DNA from: Arcobacteraceae bacterium
GTDB taxonomy: Bacteria; Campylobacterota; Campylobacteria; Campylobacterales; Arcobacteraceae
Assembly: GCA_963662945.1 (NCBI GenBank)
Contig: OY759974.1
Coordinates: 1,184,001 to 1,248,000, forward strand
Length of the DNA: 64,000 bases
Direction of reading: 5' to 3'
The notes beneath the pieces are model-generated. The model was not told the origin of the DNA. It did not search any database and worked only from the letters and a program-made list of their open reading frames with translations. How positions within the stretch are numbered: position 1 is the first letter of the stretch; each line of letters starts with the position of its first letter. Below are positions 1-10,538 of the stretch, piece after piece. The position numbers were made by a program, and so were the translations under genes.

Positions 1-2
1 AA

Positions 3-899
3 GGACAAGATAAAAGTTGGTTCGAAAACTATCCCCTACTTTCACACACCTATTTTTTAGATACAAAAGGGGTAGTAAATCAAAATTTTCTAGGAAAGTT
101 CATCTCATTATTTATGATTTTAAAAGCGGTTATTACTTCTATAAAAATCATTAAAAAACATAAAATATCAAAAGTGGTAAGTGTAGGTGGATTTAGTGCA
201 GCTGCTGCTAGTTTTGCTGCTATAATAACTAGAACAGATTTCTATATCCACGAACAAAATTCAGTTATGGGAAAACTCAATACCATTACTTCAAAGTTTG
301 CAAAAGAGGTTTTTAGCTCCTATTTAAAAACTTCAAAAGTAAAAGACTACCCAATAGCACAAAACTTTTTTGAACACCAAAGGGTACGAAGTGAAGTTAA
401 AACTGTAATATTTTTAGGTGGAAGTCAAGGGGCAACTGCTATTAATGATTTTGCACTTAAAGTTGCACCAAAACTCAATGAGATGGGGATATCTATCATC
501 CATCAAACAGGGAAGAATGATTTTGAAAAATGTAAGGAAAAATACAAAGAGTTAAATATAGATGTTGATGTTTTCGATTTCTCCAATCAACTTATAGAGA
601 AGATGACAAAAGCAGACTTCGCAGTTAGTCGAGCTGGGGCTAGTACTCTTTGGGAACTTGTAGCACTTGGGATTCCAACCTTTTTTATCCCATTTCCACA
701 TGCCGCGGCTAATCATCAATACTATAATGCAAAATATTTACTAGATAATAATTTGTGCTTTTTACAAAATCAAAATGAACTAGATGAAAACTATTTTTTC
801 CAATGTTTAGAAGATAATATAGCATCTAAAAGTGAAAAACTTTTAAATGCTATTCATAAAGATGCTGTAAAAAATATCGCTGATATTATAGAGCAATAA
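3..899 (+). CDS. murG: MurG lipid I N-acetylglucosaminyl transferase (5' truncated by window edge)
   Basis: Frame is open from base 3 (GQDKSWFE...). Motifs GGFSA, HEQN, GGSQGA, HQTG, SRAGAST, HQYYNA. Confidence 0.95.
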   Translation, partial: GQDKSWFENYPLLSHTYFLDTKGVVNQNFLGKFISLFMILKAVITSIKIIKKHKISKVVSVGGFSAAAASFAAIITRTDFYIHEQNSVMGKLNTITSKFAKEVFSSYLKTSKVKDYPIAQNFFEHQRVRSEVKTVIFLGGSQGATAINDFALKVAPKLNEMGISIIHQTGKNDFEKCKEKYKELNIDVDVFDFSNQLIEKMTKADFAVSRAGASTLWELVALGIPTFFIPFPHAAANHQYYNAKYLLDNNLCFLQNQNELDENYFFQCLEDNIASKSEKLLNAIHKDAVKNIADIIEQ

Positions 900-2219
900 T
901 TATTTTATAATTGTTGCTATTAACTTATCCCCACTAAGTTCTGTCATACGAGCAGTATAAATTTTACCAAACTCTATCTCACCCTCTATCTCTTTATCAT
1001 TGATATAGATTTCACCATCAACATCTGGTGCCCAAGAAAGTTTTCTTGCACTTAAGAGATATTCGTGTTCATCACTCTCTCCATCAACTACCACTTCAAA
1101 CTCTTTTCCAACTTCAGACTCTAATTTTTTTAATGTTGTTTGAGTGATAATTTCTCCTAAAATTTCTGCTCTTTGATCAATAATTTCTTGAGGAATTTTA
1201 TTTTCTAATTCAAAAGCAGTAGTACCATCTTCATCACTATAACTAAATACATTTACCCTATCAAACTTATACTCTTTTAGATACTCACACAGCTCTTCAA
1301 AATCCTCTTGTGTTTCCCCTGGATGTCCTACAATAAAAGTACTTCTAACAAAGTTTTCTGGCATATCTTTCATATGTTGCATCAACTCTTTGAGTTGTTC
1401 TGCCCCTTTTCCTCTTTTCATAATCTTTAACACACTTGATGAGATATGTTGTAGTGGCATATCGTAGTATGTATGGAAAGTTTTAGAGTTTGCTATTTTT
1501 TCTATTAAAGCATTTGTTGTAGTTGAAGGGTAAAGATACAAAATTCTTGCACTCTTTACCCCTTCTATTTTCTCTACTTTATCTATAAGTTGTTCTAATC
1601 CATCATTGATATTAAAGTCTCTTAAATAAGAACTACTATCTTGTGATACAAAAGAAAAATCATAATACCCTTGGGCTACAAGTGTTTTTATCTCTGCTTC
1701 TATGGAACCCAATGGTCGACTGTTGAGTTTTCCTTTAAATGCTGGAATAGCACAAAAAGAACACTTTTGATTACATCCTTCACTTAATTTTATGTATGCG
1801 TGATAGTTTGAACCAGTTACAATTCTATCATTATTCTCATCTGCTAAAAATACTTTTTGTGAAAACTGACTTCTTTTTTCTTTTACTAGTTTATCAATAA
1901 TATCATAATCCCCAACACCTGTAAAAATATCAACTTCGTTTTCAAGTCCCTCTTTTAACTCTTCTTGATATCGTTCACTTAAACATCCAGCCATAACTAA
2001 AACCGACTCTTGTTTTCTAGTACTATCAAGTTCAAAAATTGTATTTAAACTCTCTTGTTTTGCACTTTCAATGAACCCACAAGTATTTACTATAATTAAA
2101 TCTGCTTGAGTACTATCATCTGTTATTTCATACTCTTTGAGCTTTCCTAACATAACTTCACTATCTATTAAGTTTTTTGTACAACCTAGACTTACTAAAT
2201 GCAATTTTTTTGATGACAT
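900..2219 (-). CDS. rimO: Ribosomal protein S12 methylthiotransferase RimO
   Basis: SLGCTKNLIDSE, NTCGFI, radical SAM CNQKCSFC, C-terminal APDVDG TRAM region. Confidence 0.95.
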   Translation of the reverse strand: MSSKKLHLVSLGCTKNLIDSEVMLGKLKEYEITDDSTQADLIIVNTCGFIESAKQESLNTIFELDSTRKQESVLVMAGCLSERYQEELKEGLENEVDIFTGVGDYDIIDKLVKEKRSQFSQKVFLADENNDRIVTGSNYHAYIKLSEGCNQKCSFCAIPAFKGKLNSRPLGSIEAEIKTLVAQGYYDFSFVSQDSSSYLRDFNINDGLEQLIDKVEKIEGVKSARILYLYPSTTTNALIEKIANSKTFHTYYDMPLQHISSSVLKIMKRGKGAEQLKELMQHMKDMPENFVRSTFIVGHPGETQEDFEELCEYLKEYKFDRVNVFSYSDEDGTTAFELENKIPQEIIDQRAEILGEIITQTTLKKLESEVGKEFEVVVDGESDEHEYLLSARKLSWAPDVDGEIYINDKEIEGEIEFGKIYTARMTELSGDKLIATIIK

Positions 2220-2335
2220 TATTGACTAACCTTTTTATAAAATAAGTATATATTATAGTTAAGATTTGCTTCAACAAATATTTAGTGCAACTTTGGTATA
2301 ATCCACCATTATTACAAATTAAGGAAAGTTATAAA

Positions 2336-2578
2336 ATGGATATTTTATTAGCAAGAGAAGAGCTTACAGCGAAACCAAAAAAAGTAAAACTAGAAAAACT
2401 ATTAGAGAGTTTATCAAAAAATGAAGAAGAGATTTTCTACTTTGATAGAGAAAACTCACATAAAGATATGATGGCTATCGTAGATAAATTTGAGGAAGCT
2501 GGATACACTGTTCACTTTAGAGAAGTGAAGTATGGTCTATCTGATGATGAGTATGTTTACGAAATTCACTCATTATAA
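2336..2578 (+). CDS. HP0268-family small protein
   Basis: ATG 2336 after [16 protein letters not shown] and REVKYGL motifs; position upstream of miaB as in other Campylobacterota. Confidence 0.8.
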   Translation: MDILLAREELTAKPKKVKLEKLLESLSKNEEEIFYFDRENSHKDMMAIVDKFEEAGYTVHFREVKYGLSDDEYVYEIHSL

Positions 2579-2607
2579 AATCTCATAAATTTATAAAAGA
2601 ATATAAT

Positions 2608-3906
2608 TTGTCAAAAAAACTTTTTATAGAAACTTTAGGTTGTGCTATGAATGTTCGAGATACAGAACATATCATAGCAGAACTCAATAAACACCAATCA
2701 TACTCTCAAACACAAAATCTAGAAGACGCCGATCTTATTATTATCAATACTTGTTCAGTCAGAGAAAAACCTGTCGCAAAACTATTTTCAGAACTGGGTG
2801 TTTTTAATAAAAAGAAAAAAGAAGGTGCTAAAATAGGTGTGTGTGGTTGTACTGCAAGTCATCTAGGTGAAGAAATTATTAAAAAAGCACCTTACGTGGA
2901 CTTTGTTGTTGGAGCAAGAAATGTTTCTAAAATCTCTGATGCTGTTTTAAACAAAGGAACTGTTGAGATAGATATAAACAATGATGAAACAAACTATGAT
3001 TTTGCTGATTATAGAAACTCATTATATAGAGCAAGTATCAATATCTCTTTAGGATGTGATAAAAGCTGTACTTTTTGTATTGTTCCTGCTACAAGAGGAG
3101 ATGAAATCAGTATCCCTAGCCAAATCATTCTCAATGAGATAGAAAAAGCTGTTGCTTCAGGTGCTATTGAAATATTTCTTTTGGGTCAAAATGTTAATAA
3201 CTATGGAAAACATTTCAGTGATAAAACAGAAACTACTAATTTCACACAACTCTTACAAATGATTAGTAAAATTAAGGGTGTACAAAGAATACGATTTACC
3301 TCTCCTCATCCATTGCATATGGATGATGAATTTATAGAAGAATTTGCTTCAAATCCTAAAATATGTAAACAAATACATGTGCCACTTCAAGCTGGAAATA
3401 CAAGAGTTCTTAAAGATATGAAAAGAGGTTATACTAAAGAATGGTTCTTAAATCGTTGTGAAAAAATACGAACTTTAGTTCCAAATGTACGAATCTCTAC
3501 AGATATTATTGTAGCATTTCCAGGGGAGAGTGATGAGGAGTTTCTAGATACTCTTGATATAATGGAAAAAGTAAAATTTGATGCTGTATTTAATTTTAAA
3601 TATTCACCAAGACCATTAACACCAGCTCAAAACATGCCAAATCAAATAGATGATGAAACTGCAACTAAAAGATTGCAAAGAGTAATTGAACTTCATAAAG
3701 AACATCAAGACGAGCATATGGAAAAATTAGTTGGTCAAACTTTAGAAGTACTATTTGAAGAATTAAAACCAAATGGAGAAGTTTTTGGTTTTAGTGATAA
3801 TTATGTGCAGGTATTTGTAAATGGAAGTGAGGAGCTACTTGGAAAAATTGTAAAAGTAAAAATTACAAGCGCAAGTAGAACTTCACTTAAAGGAGAAGTT
3901 GTCTAA
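2608..3906 (+). CDS. miaB: tRNA-2-methylthio-N6-dimethylallyladenosine synthase MiaB
   Basis: [40 protein letters not shown] start. Confidence 0.95.
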   Translation: MSKKLFIETLGCAMNVRDTEHIIAELNKHQSYSQTQNLEDADLIIINTCSVREKPVAKLFSELGVFNKKKKEGAKIGVCGCTASHLGEEIIKKAPYVDFVVGARNVSKISDAVLNKGTVEIDINNDETNYDFADYRNSLYRASINISLGCDKSCTFCIVPATRGDEISIPSQIILNEIEKAVASGAIEIFLLGQNVNNYGKHFSDKTETTNFTQLLQMISKIKGVQRIRFTSPHPLHMDDEFIEEFASNPKICKQIHVPLQAGNTRVLKDMKRGYTKEWFLNRCEKIRTLVPNVRISTDIIVAFPGESDEEFLDTLDIMEKVKFDAVFNFKYSPRPLTPAQNMPNQIDDETATKRLQRVIELHKEHQDEHMEKLVGQTLEVLFEELKPNGEVFGFSDNYVQVFVNGSEELLGKIVKVKITSASRTSLKGEVV

Positions 3907-3920
3907 AGACATCAAAACTG

Positions 3921-4553
3921 ATGAAAGAAAAAATTAAACACTATTTATATTTTACAGTTCTCCCTTTTCTTCTCCAACTTATAGTAAGATTTATTCATCT
4001 TACAAATAAAAAAACATATCATTATCCAAATCAAAACTTTGACAATGAAAACTTAATTGTTGCAATGTGGCATGGTGATTTACTTATGCAACCGCTTAAT
4101 TATAGAAATTTCAAAAAAAATGGAAAAATAAAAGTTATTGTAAGTGTCCATAAAGATGGTGAAATTATACGAAAAGTAGTTGATTATCTTGGAGTTGGAG
4201 GATTAAGTGGTTCTTCCTCAAAGGGTGGAGCAAAAGCACTTATTGGTGCTATAAAAGCCTTAAAAAATGGTATTGATGTTGCTATAACACCAGATGGTCC
4301 AAGAGGTCCAATATATAGTATTGCTGATGGAATTGTACTTTTATCTCAAAAAACAAATACAAAAATTATAGTACTAAGTTCCATACCAACATCTTATTGG
4401 GAAATGAAATCTTGGGATAAATTTGTCGTACCAAAACCTTTTGGAAAAATAGATTTTTATGCAAGTGAACCTTTTAGTGTAGAAAATTTAGAACTAGAAG
4501 AAGCAAAACAACTTATTTACTCAAAAATGATGGAAAATCAACTAAAGAAATAA
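3921..4553 (+). CDS. DUF374 / LpxJ-like lysophospholipid acyltransferase
   Basis: WHG, SxHKDGE, GSSSKGG, TPDGPRGP, SWDKFVVPKPF motifs. Confidence 0.8.
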   Translation: MKEKIKHYLYFTVLPFLLQLIVRFIHLTNKKTYHYPNQNFDNENLIVAMWHGDLLMQPLNYRNFKKNGKIKVIVSVHKDGEIIRKVVDYLGVGGLSGSSSKGGAKALIGAIKALKNGIDVAITPDGPRGPIYSIADGIVLLSQKTNTKIIVLSSIPTSYWEMKSWDKFVVPKPFGKIDFYASEPFSVENLELEEAKQLIYSKMMENQLKK

Positions 4554-4555
4554 TC

Positions 4556-5383
4556 ATGAAAGAAAAATTTTATAAATACTTAGAGGAGTTTTGTGAGTAT
4601 TTATTAGATTTAAAAAACTACTCTCCTCTTACTGTGAAAACTTATAAACAATCAATTGAAAAAGCTATTAAAGCAAGTGAAATCTATGAAGAAAATGGGA
4701 AAACAATTTTTGATATTACAAAATTTAGAATAGAAATTGCTTCCTTAAATCCAAAAACAATCAATAAAAAGATATCAAGTATTAATAGCTTTGTAAGCTA
4801 TTTAGATTCCAAACATATTGATATAAAACTTGTAGGAAATAATACAATCAAATCTCCACAAACTCTTCCAAAACCAATACAAACTAAAAATATTTTTGAA
4901 AGTTTAGAGAATGCAACTTTAGAGGAAAAACTTATTATCGTATTTATTTATTCTTTTGGTGTTCGTATTTCTGAATTAGCAACTTTAAAACTAAAATATA
5001 TAAAAACAAATTCTATACAAGTTACAGGGAAAGGAAATAAACAAAGAGAGATACCTTCAAATCCTGTTGCAAATAATTTATTACAAGAATATCTTTCATT
5101 TTACACTCCATCAGAATATCTTTTTGAAGAAAACTCAAAAGCCCTTACAAAAAGACAAATACAATACAGACTTGAAAAAGCATTTCGTAAAATTGGAATC
5201 AAAGCAACTCCTCATCAATTAAGACATTCTTTTGCTACAGATTTGTTAAATGATGGCGCTAGAATCAATGATATTAGCGAACTTCTTGGGCATAGTAGCT
5301 TAAAAGCAACTGGAATTTATACTAAATTAACCACAAATACAAAGTTAAAACAGTATAATATTGCACATCCATTAAATAAATAA
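4556..5383 (+). CDS. Tyrosine recombinase, XerC/XerD-like
   Basis: Full catalytic set: GVRISE, GKGNK, HQLRHSFAT, LLGH, TGIYT. N-terminal YSPLTVKTY. Confidence 0.88.
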   Translation: MKEKFYKYLEEFCEYLLDLKNYSPLTVKTYKQSIEKAIKASEIYEENGKTIFDITKFRIEIASLNPKTINKKISSINSFVSYLDSKHIDIKLVGNNTIKSPQTLPKPIQTKNIFESLENATLEEKLIIVFIYSFGVRISELATLKLKYIKTNSIQVTGKGNKQREIPSNPVANNLLQEYLSFYTPSEYLFEENSKALTKRQIQYRLEKAFRKIGIKATPHQLRHSFATDLLNDGARINDISELLGHSSLKATGIYTKLTTNTKLKQYNIAHPLNK

Positions 5384-5396
5384 TTTGAGGTCATCT

Positions 5397-7013
5397 ATGT
5401 TTAGTAGTAGTAAAAAGCAATATGTGAATATTTTAAAGCAAAATAAACAATTAAATTTAAACTATGCAATATTACAAGATAAAAAAATCTTGAAGCAAGA
5501 ACAATCATCATTTTTAATCGTTGATAACAATATGCCTCAAGATGCTTTATTTAAGTTAGATGCTTTGCAAAAAAACATACCTTACACTTATCTTTCATCA
5601 CTTTTTGAAGGAGATAGACAACAAGTAATTTTAACAAAAGATATGGATGTGATTGGATATGATAGTGTACAACTTGATAGTAAATACAGTATTGTTATTC
5701 CAAAAAATGAGCTTACAAGTGCTTCAAGATATTTTGCAAATAGTGGGATAGATTATATTATCTCTCCTTTTACTATTTTAAATGAATACGTACAAGATAA
5801 TAGTATTAAAAATTCTCTTAATGTACTTATTTACAATAATGTTGTTTATGTGATGATTTTAAATGACCTTAAAATTATTGTACAATGTGCCGTTAAATCA
5901 TTAACGCCTTTTGATCAGATCACAGATAAAAGTTTTTCAAATGATGAGATTGTTGATCAGAAACTTTATGAAGAGGTTCATTTTCTAGAGATACAACAAT
6001 TTCTTAGTGAAATAGTACAGGATTATTATACACAAAACAATGATGTAGAATTTTTAGAACAAGTAAAAATTTTATATACTCTTAAACCACTTTCTGATGA
6101 ACAGATAAATTCATTATATGAAACAATCATGGTAGATATTGACTATGAAGTTATCAATATGGAACAATATCTCTTTAAAATTACACAAAAAGAGGATATT
6201 ATAAAACATTCATTTGTAAATCCAAGAATCAAAAAACAAAATAAAAATACTTTAAAATGGATTATTTTTGCAGGCATTAGTATTGCCGTTGTTCTTGGAT
6301 TAGTTTATAATCAATTTATCTCTTCACAAGAACTTAAGCAACAAAAAATACAACAACAAAAAGAGATGAAAAAAGTTGCTAAACAAGAACCTGTAGAGGT
6401 AAAAATTATAGAATTTCCAAATCATATTCTCAATAATAACCATCTATTACAAGACGTTTATATGTTATTTGATATAGTGCCATATGATGCTATTTTAAAA
6501 GATTTAGAAATTACTCAAAATAGTTCTACTTATGTATGTACTTTTATTTCTCAGAGTCAATCTTTTGAAGATATGAGAGTAAAATTATTGAACCTTTATA
6601 AAGATTCAAAAATACTTTTAAAACATGAAAATAAATCTATATTAAATATTATCATTGAAAATGAAAACTTCTTAGCTCCTAATAAAAAAATGCAATCAAA
6701 ACAATACGATGATTTTGAATTTATATCTATTGGTAAAGCTACAGATTTTATTAATAAATTACTCTTAGACCAATCTACTATAAAGTTTTTGAATAAAGAG
6801 GAAACAACATATTTAACATATAAATTTGCAATTCAATCTATAGTAAAAACACCTAAAGACTTTTTTGATTTTATAGAAAAATTAAATCAACAAAAAGTAT
6901 CTATAACTTTAGAATATCCTATTGTATTTAGTAAAATAAATGACGGTATTGAAATTAAATATAATTTATCGCTTCATCAAAAAAATAAAGAGCAAGTACA
7001 ACTTAGTAAATAA
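5397..7013 (+). CDS. Single-TM membrane protein, probable PilM/PilN/PilO-like fusion
   Basis: ATG 5397 after GAGG. ~285-aa soluble N-domain, one TM (WIIFAGISIAVVLGLVY), Q/K-rich coil, two C-terminal alpha/beta domains. Lies downstream of miaB-DUF374. Confidence 0.5.
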   Translation: MFSSSKKQYVNILKQNKQLNLNYAILQDKKILKQEQSSFLIVDNNMPQDALFKLDALQKNIPYTYLSSLFEGDRQQVILTKDMDVIGYDSVQLDSKYSIVIPKNELTSASRYFANSGIDYIISPFTILNEYVQDNSIKNSLNVLIYNNVVYVMILNDLKIIVQCAVKSLTPFDQITDKSFSNDEIVDQKLYEEVHFLEIQQFLSEIVQDYYTQNNDVEFLEQVKILYTLKPLSDEQINSLYETIMVDIDYEVINMEQYLFKITQKEDIIKHSFVNPRIKKQNKNTLKWIIFAGISIAVVLGLVYNQFISSQELKQQKIQQQKEMKKVAKQEPVEVKIIEFPNHILNNNHLLQDVYMLFDIVPYDAILKDLEITQNSSTYVCTFISQSQSFEDMRVKLLNLYKDSKILLKHENKSILNIIIENENFLAPNKKMQSKQYDDFEFISIGKATDFINKLLLDQSTIKFLNKEETTYLTYKFAIQSIVKTPKDFFDFIEKLNQQKVSITLEYPIVFSKINDGIEIKYNLSLHQKNKEQVQLSK

Positions 7014-7965
7014 ACTCTTCCAAAGTTGAGAGATATCCACGAATATTATTAGGAATTCTCTCTATCCTACATTTTTCTTTAAATTCTTTAGTCATTATAT
7101 TTTGCATATAAGGTGCAATATAAATTTTATCAACCACAATTGATACTGCTATCTTATGAGAAATAACAACTTCTTTTTTTTGAACAATTTCATCCCTTGT
7201 AGCTTTTGATATTATCAAACCTCTTTGTTTTAACTCTTTATCTATAATTCTAATAGCAACATTTAAATCTTCATTGTATTCATAAATTGTTAATTTTTCA
7301 ATACTTGTTTTAGAAAAATCACCCATTAAAGAATTATAATCTTTTTCTAAATATTCAAAACTATTTATTATGCCACTTTGAAATTTTTCAAGAAGTTTAT
7401 CACTAAAGTTATGTCTAAAATAATTTCTCTTATATGTTTCATCACTATTACTTTCATCTTCAAAGAATCTATAGTTATGACTTATAAGATATTTTTTAAG
7501 AGATTCTTTACTAATTTCTAATAATGGTTTTTTAATTATATAGCCATTTTTTACAATCTCTTTTTCCATTCCCAAAAGTTCACTAAGCCCTGCACCTTTT
7601 GTGAATTGCATTAAAAACCATTCTAATTTATCATTTAATTGATGTGCTGTAAGAAGTGCCTCATAATGATTTTCAATCATTATTGCATCAAAAAATTTAT
7701 ATCTAAAATCTCTTGCTTCTTTTTCACTAAATTTCATATTATCTGGATAATCAGATATAAAACACTTTTTGTTGTATTTATGTGCAAGTTGTGTAGCATA
7801 AATTACTTCATCTTTTGATTGTATTCTTTGATGATAATCCACTATTGCTATATCAAATGGTATGTTTTTTTCAATCAATAAATAAAATAATGCTGTTGAA
7901 TCAACACCTGCACTAAATGCTAAAAGATTTTTTTTTGTATTTATATCTATTTTAAATCTATTCAT
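7003..7965 (-). CDS. tilS: tRNA(Ile)-lysidine synthase TilS
   Basis: PP-loop AFSAGVDS, ARDFRY, TAHQLND, EDESN, RNYFRH. Confidence 0.93.
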   Translation of the reverse strand: MNRFKIDINTKKNLLAFSAGVDSTALFYLLIEKNIPFDIAIVDYHQRIQSKDEVIYATQLAHKYNKKCFISDYPDNMKFSEKEARDFRYKFFDAIMIENHYEALLTAHQLNDKLEWFLMQFTKGAGLSELLGMEKEIVKNGYIIKKPLLEISKESLKKYLISHNYRFFEDESNSDETYKRNYFRHNFSDKLLEKFQSGIINSFEYLEKDYNSLMGDFSKTSIEKLTIYEYNEDLNVAIRIIDKELKQRGLIISKATRDEIVQKKEVVISHKIAVSIVVDKIYIAPYMQNIMTKEFKEKCRIERIPNNIRGYLSTLEEFIY

Positions 7966-8100
7966 ATGGCGATTATATTAAGTTTATAGTTATATAATAC
8001 TTATTATAAGAAAGTATTTTAATTATTATTATAATAATTTATGGTAAATATAAGTTCATATAATATATAATTACTTATTAAATTTCTAGAAGGATAGAAT

Positions 8101-9480
8101 ATGAGTGAAAAAGTTCAGACAACAGTTTATCGTATTAAAAGATATTGGGCATATGCCTTAGCTACTGTAGTAGCAATCGTAACCCCTTTTATTCAGATAA
8201 ACGGAAATCAAATATTTTTATTATCATTTGATAAAAAACAATTACATTTGATGGGAGTTGCATTTGATATGCAAGAATTATATATGATGCCATTTTTATT
8301 AATGTTATTATTTCTTGGTATTTTTGCTGTAACTGCTATTGGAGGTCGTGCTTGGTGTGGATGGGCCTGTCCTCAAACTGTATTTAGAGTTATTTATAGA
8401 GATTTAATTGAAGGAAAACTTTTAGGTTTAAGAAGAATCAAAAATAAACAAAAAGAGCCTGATTGGAAAAATCCTAAAAATGCTTCTAAAAGAATTATTG
8501 CAATTATCATTTGGGCTGCTCTTGCTCTGTTAGCAGCTGCAGATTTCATGTGGTATTTTATTCCACCAACTGATTTTTTTGAATATATGAAAAATCCTAT
8601 GGAACACACGGTATTACTTGGATTTATTTTAGGTGTTGCAGGTTTCTTAGTATATGATGTAATATTTTTACAAGAAAACTTTTGTGTTTATGTTTGTCCT
8701 TATTCAAGAGTACAATCTGTACTTTATGATGATGATACTATTCAAGCTATTTATAGTACAAAAAGAGGTGGAGATATTTACAATGAAAACAAAGAAAAAA
8801 TTGTTTTTAAACAAACTGATTTAGCTAATGAAACAGATGAATGTACTGCTTGTCAAAGTTGTGTGACTGTTTGTCCTACACATATAGATATTAGAAAAGG
8901 GATGCAATTAGAGTGTATTAACTGTCTAGAGTGTGTTGATGCTTGTACTTCTGTTATGGGAAAACTTGGAAAAGAATCATTAGTTCAATGGACAAGTACA
9001 AACCAAATTGAAAAAGACAAACCTACAAAATTAATCAGAAGTAAAACTATAATGTATGCTGCTGCGTTAGTAATAATTGTTGGTATGTTATTTGTTATGG
9101 GTGGTAAAAAAGAATATATGCTACTTAATATCAATAAAACAACTGAACTTTATAAAATAAGAGAAGGTGGTGAAGTTGCAAATAACTTTGTATTACTTTT
9201 CCAAAATACACAAAAAGAAAATTATACTTATAATCTTGAAGTAATAGGTGAATATGCTGGAAAAATCGAAATAAAAAGATTTACACCATTTAAACTAAGC
9301 CATAATAAAATGGCAAAAAAAGTTATTCAACTTTCAACAAAAGAAAGATTAGTTGATAGTGTTACTAAAGATACTCCTATCACTGTAACCTTAAGAGCAT
9401 ATGCAGTTGAGAACCCTAAAGAAATTAGTGTAATTCGACAAGCTGTATTTATCTACCCAAGAGCAGATAAGCTTAAATAA
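8101..9480 (+). CDS. ccoG: cbb3 cytochrome c oxidase accessory protein CcoG
   Basis: GRAWCGWACPQT, FCVYVCPY, CTACQSCVTVCP, CINCLECVDAC, plus TM helices. Confidence 0.93.
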   Translation: MSEKVQTTVYRIKRYWAYALATVVAIVTPFIQINGNQIFLLSFDKKQLHLMGVAFDMQELYMMPFLLMLLFLGIFAVTAIGGRAWCGWACPQTVFRVIYRDLIEGKLLGLRRIKNKQKEPDWKNPKNASKRIIAIIIWAALALLAAADFMWYFIPPTDFFEYMKNPMEHTVLLGFILGVAGFLVYDVIFLQENFCVYVCPYSRVQSVLYDDDTIQAIYSTKRGGDIYNENKEKIVFKQTDLANETDECTACQSCVTVCPTHIDIRKGMQLECINCLECVDACTSVMGKLGKESLVQWTSTNQIEKDKPTKLIRSKTIMYAAALVIIVGMLFVMGGKKEYMLLNINKTTELYKIREGGEVANNFVLLFQNTQKENYTYNLEVIGEYAGKIEIKRFTPFKLSHNKMAKKVIQLSTKERLVDSVTKDTPITVTLRAYAVENPKEISVIRQAVFIYPRADKLK

Positions 9481-9501
9481 TTTATCTTAAAGTAAAAAAT
9501 T

Positions 9502-9536
9502 AAAAACCTAAGCCCTCTTTGGACTTAGGTTTTTTT
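9502..9536 (+). terminator. Intrinsic terminator after ccoG
   Basis: AAAAACCTAAG..CTTAGGTTTTTTT hairpin with U-tract. Followed by extended -10 TGTTATAAT for luxS. Confidence 0.75.
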
Positions 9537-9572
9537 ATGTTATAATCACAAAAATTTATAAAAGGAAACATT

Positions 9573-10088
9573 ATGCCATTATTAGATAGTTTTAAAGTTG
9601 ATCATACAAAAATGATTGCTCCAGCTGTAAGAATTGCAAAAACAATGAAATCAAAGAAAGGTGATAATATCAGTGTATTTGATATTAGAATTCACAAACC
9701 AAACAAAGACAAAATGACAGGAAGAGGAATACATACTTTAGAACATCTTTTTGCCGGATTTATTAGAGAACATTTAAATGGTAAAGATGTAGAAATTATA
9801 GACTGTAGTCCAATGGGTTGTAGAACTGGATTTTATATGAGTTGTTTAGGAACTCCAAGCGATAAAGAAGTAGCTAATGCAACTTATAAAGCAATGAAAG
9901 ATGTGTTAAAAGTAAAAAGTGAAGCAGATATTCCTGAATTAAATTTATACCAATGTGGAACATACAAAATGCATAGTCTTAAATCAGCACAAAAAACAGC
10001 AAAATATGTTGTAAAAAATGGTGTTGGAGTAATGAACAATAAAGATTTATTATTAACAAAGAAACAACTCAAAGAGTTAGATAAGTAA
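9573..10088 (+). CDS. luxS: S-ribosylhomocysteine lyase LuxS
   Basis: [38 protein letters not shown]. Confidence 0.97.
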   Translation: MPLLDSFKVDHTKMIAPAVRIAKTMKSKKGDNISVFDIRIHKPNKDKMTGRGIHTLEHLFAGFIREHLNGKDVEIIDCSPMGCRTGFYMSCLGTPSDKEVANATYKAMKDVLKVKSEADIPELNLYQCGTYKMHSLKSAQKTAKYVVKNGVGVMNNKDLLLTKKQLKELDK

Positions 10089-10094
10089 AAACTT

Positions 10095-10538
10095 ATGTCT
10101 GGTGAGTTAGAACTTTTTAAAACACTGTTTGACAACTCGCCTAATCTAGCTATTTTACATATCAACAATGATTGTAATGAAATCACAGAGGAGTTACAAG
10201 ATATTGTTGATAACTCTTTTGGAAAACTGACAGTAAAAGAGTTTCATCAAATTCAACCAAACAATTTTCGACTCAAAGATAGAAACTTTGAATATGCTAT
10301 TATTAGTAATTGCTTACATCTAATAGAAAATCAGAATAGATTTATCACTGGAGTTTACCACAGTTTAGAAAATTCTGCATTTGTAATCATTTTACAAAAA
10401 AAAGATACTATGAATATTGACTCTATAAAAGAACTCTTAGATCAAAATAACTTTCGTGCAGTAAATGATATCAATATTTTTCAAAAATATCATCTTGTTA
10501 TGGCAAAAAAACTCCATATGTGGGGAGCTGGACAATAG
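10095..10538 (+). CDS. Hypothetical protein, possibly a degenerate methyltransferase-like fold
   Basis: 147-aa ORF in the luxS operon. FEYAIISNCLH..YHSLENSAFVIIL resembles class I MTase motifs but there is no clear GxG motif. Confidence 0.5.
   Translation: MSGELELFKTLFDNSPNLAILHINNDCNEITEELQDIVDNSFGKLTVKEFHQIQPNNFRLKDRNFEYAIISNCLHLIENQNRFITGVYHSLENSAFVIILQKKDTMNIDSIKELLDQNNFRAVNDINIFQKYHLVMAKKLHMWGAGQ

Noticed and set aside
7966-8100. AT-only palindromes upstream of ccoG (similar ones near 40130-40160) as Fur/PerR-like boxes
   Set aside because: The local DNA is so AT-rich that such symmetry is expected by chance.
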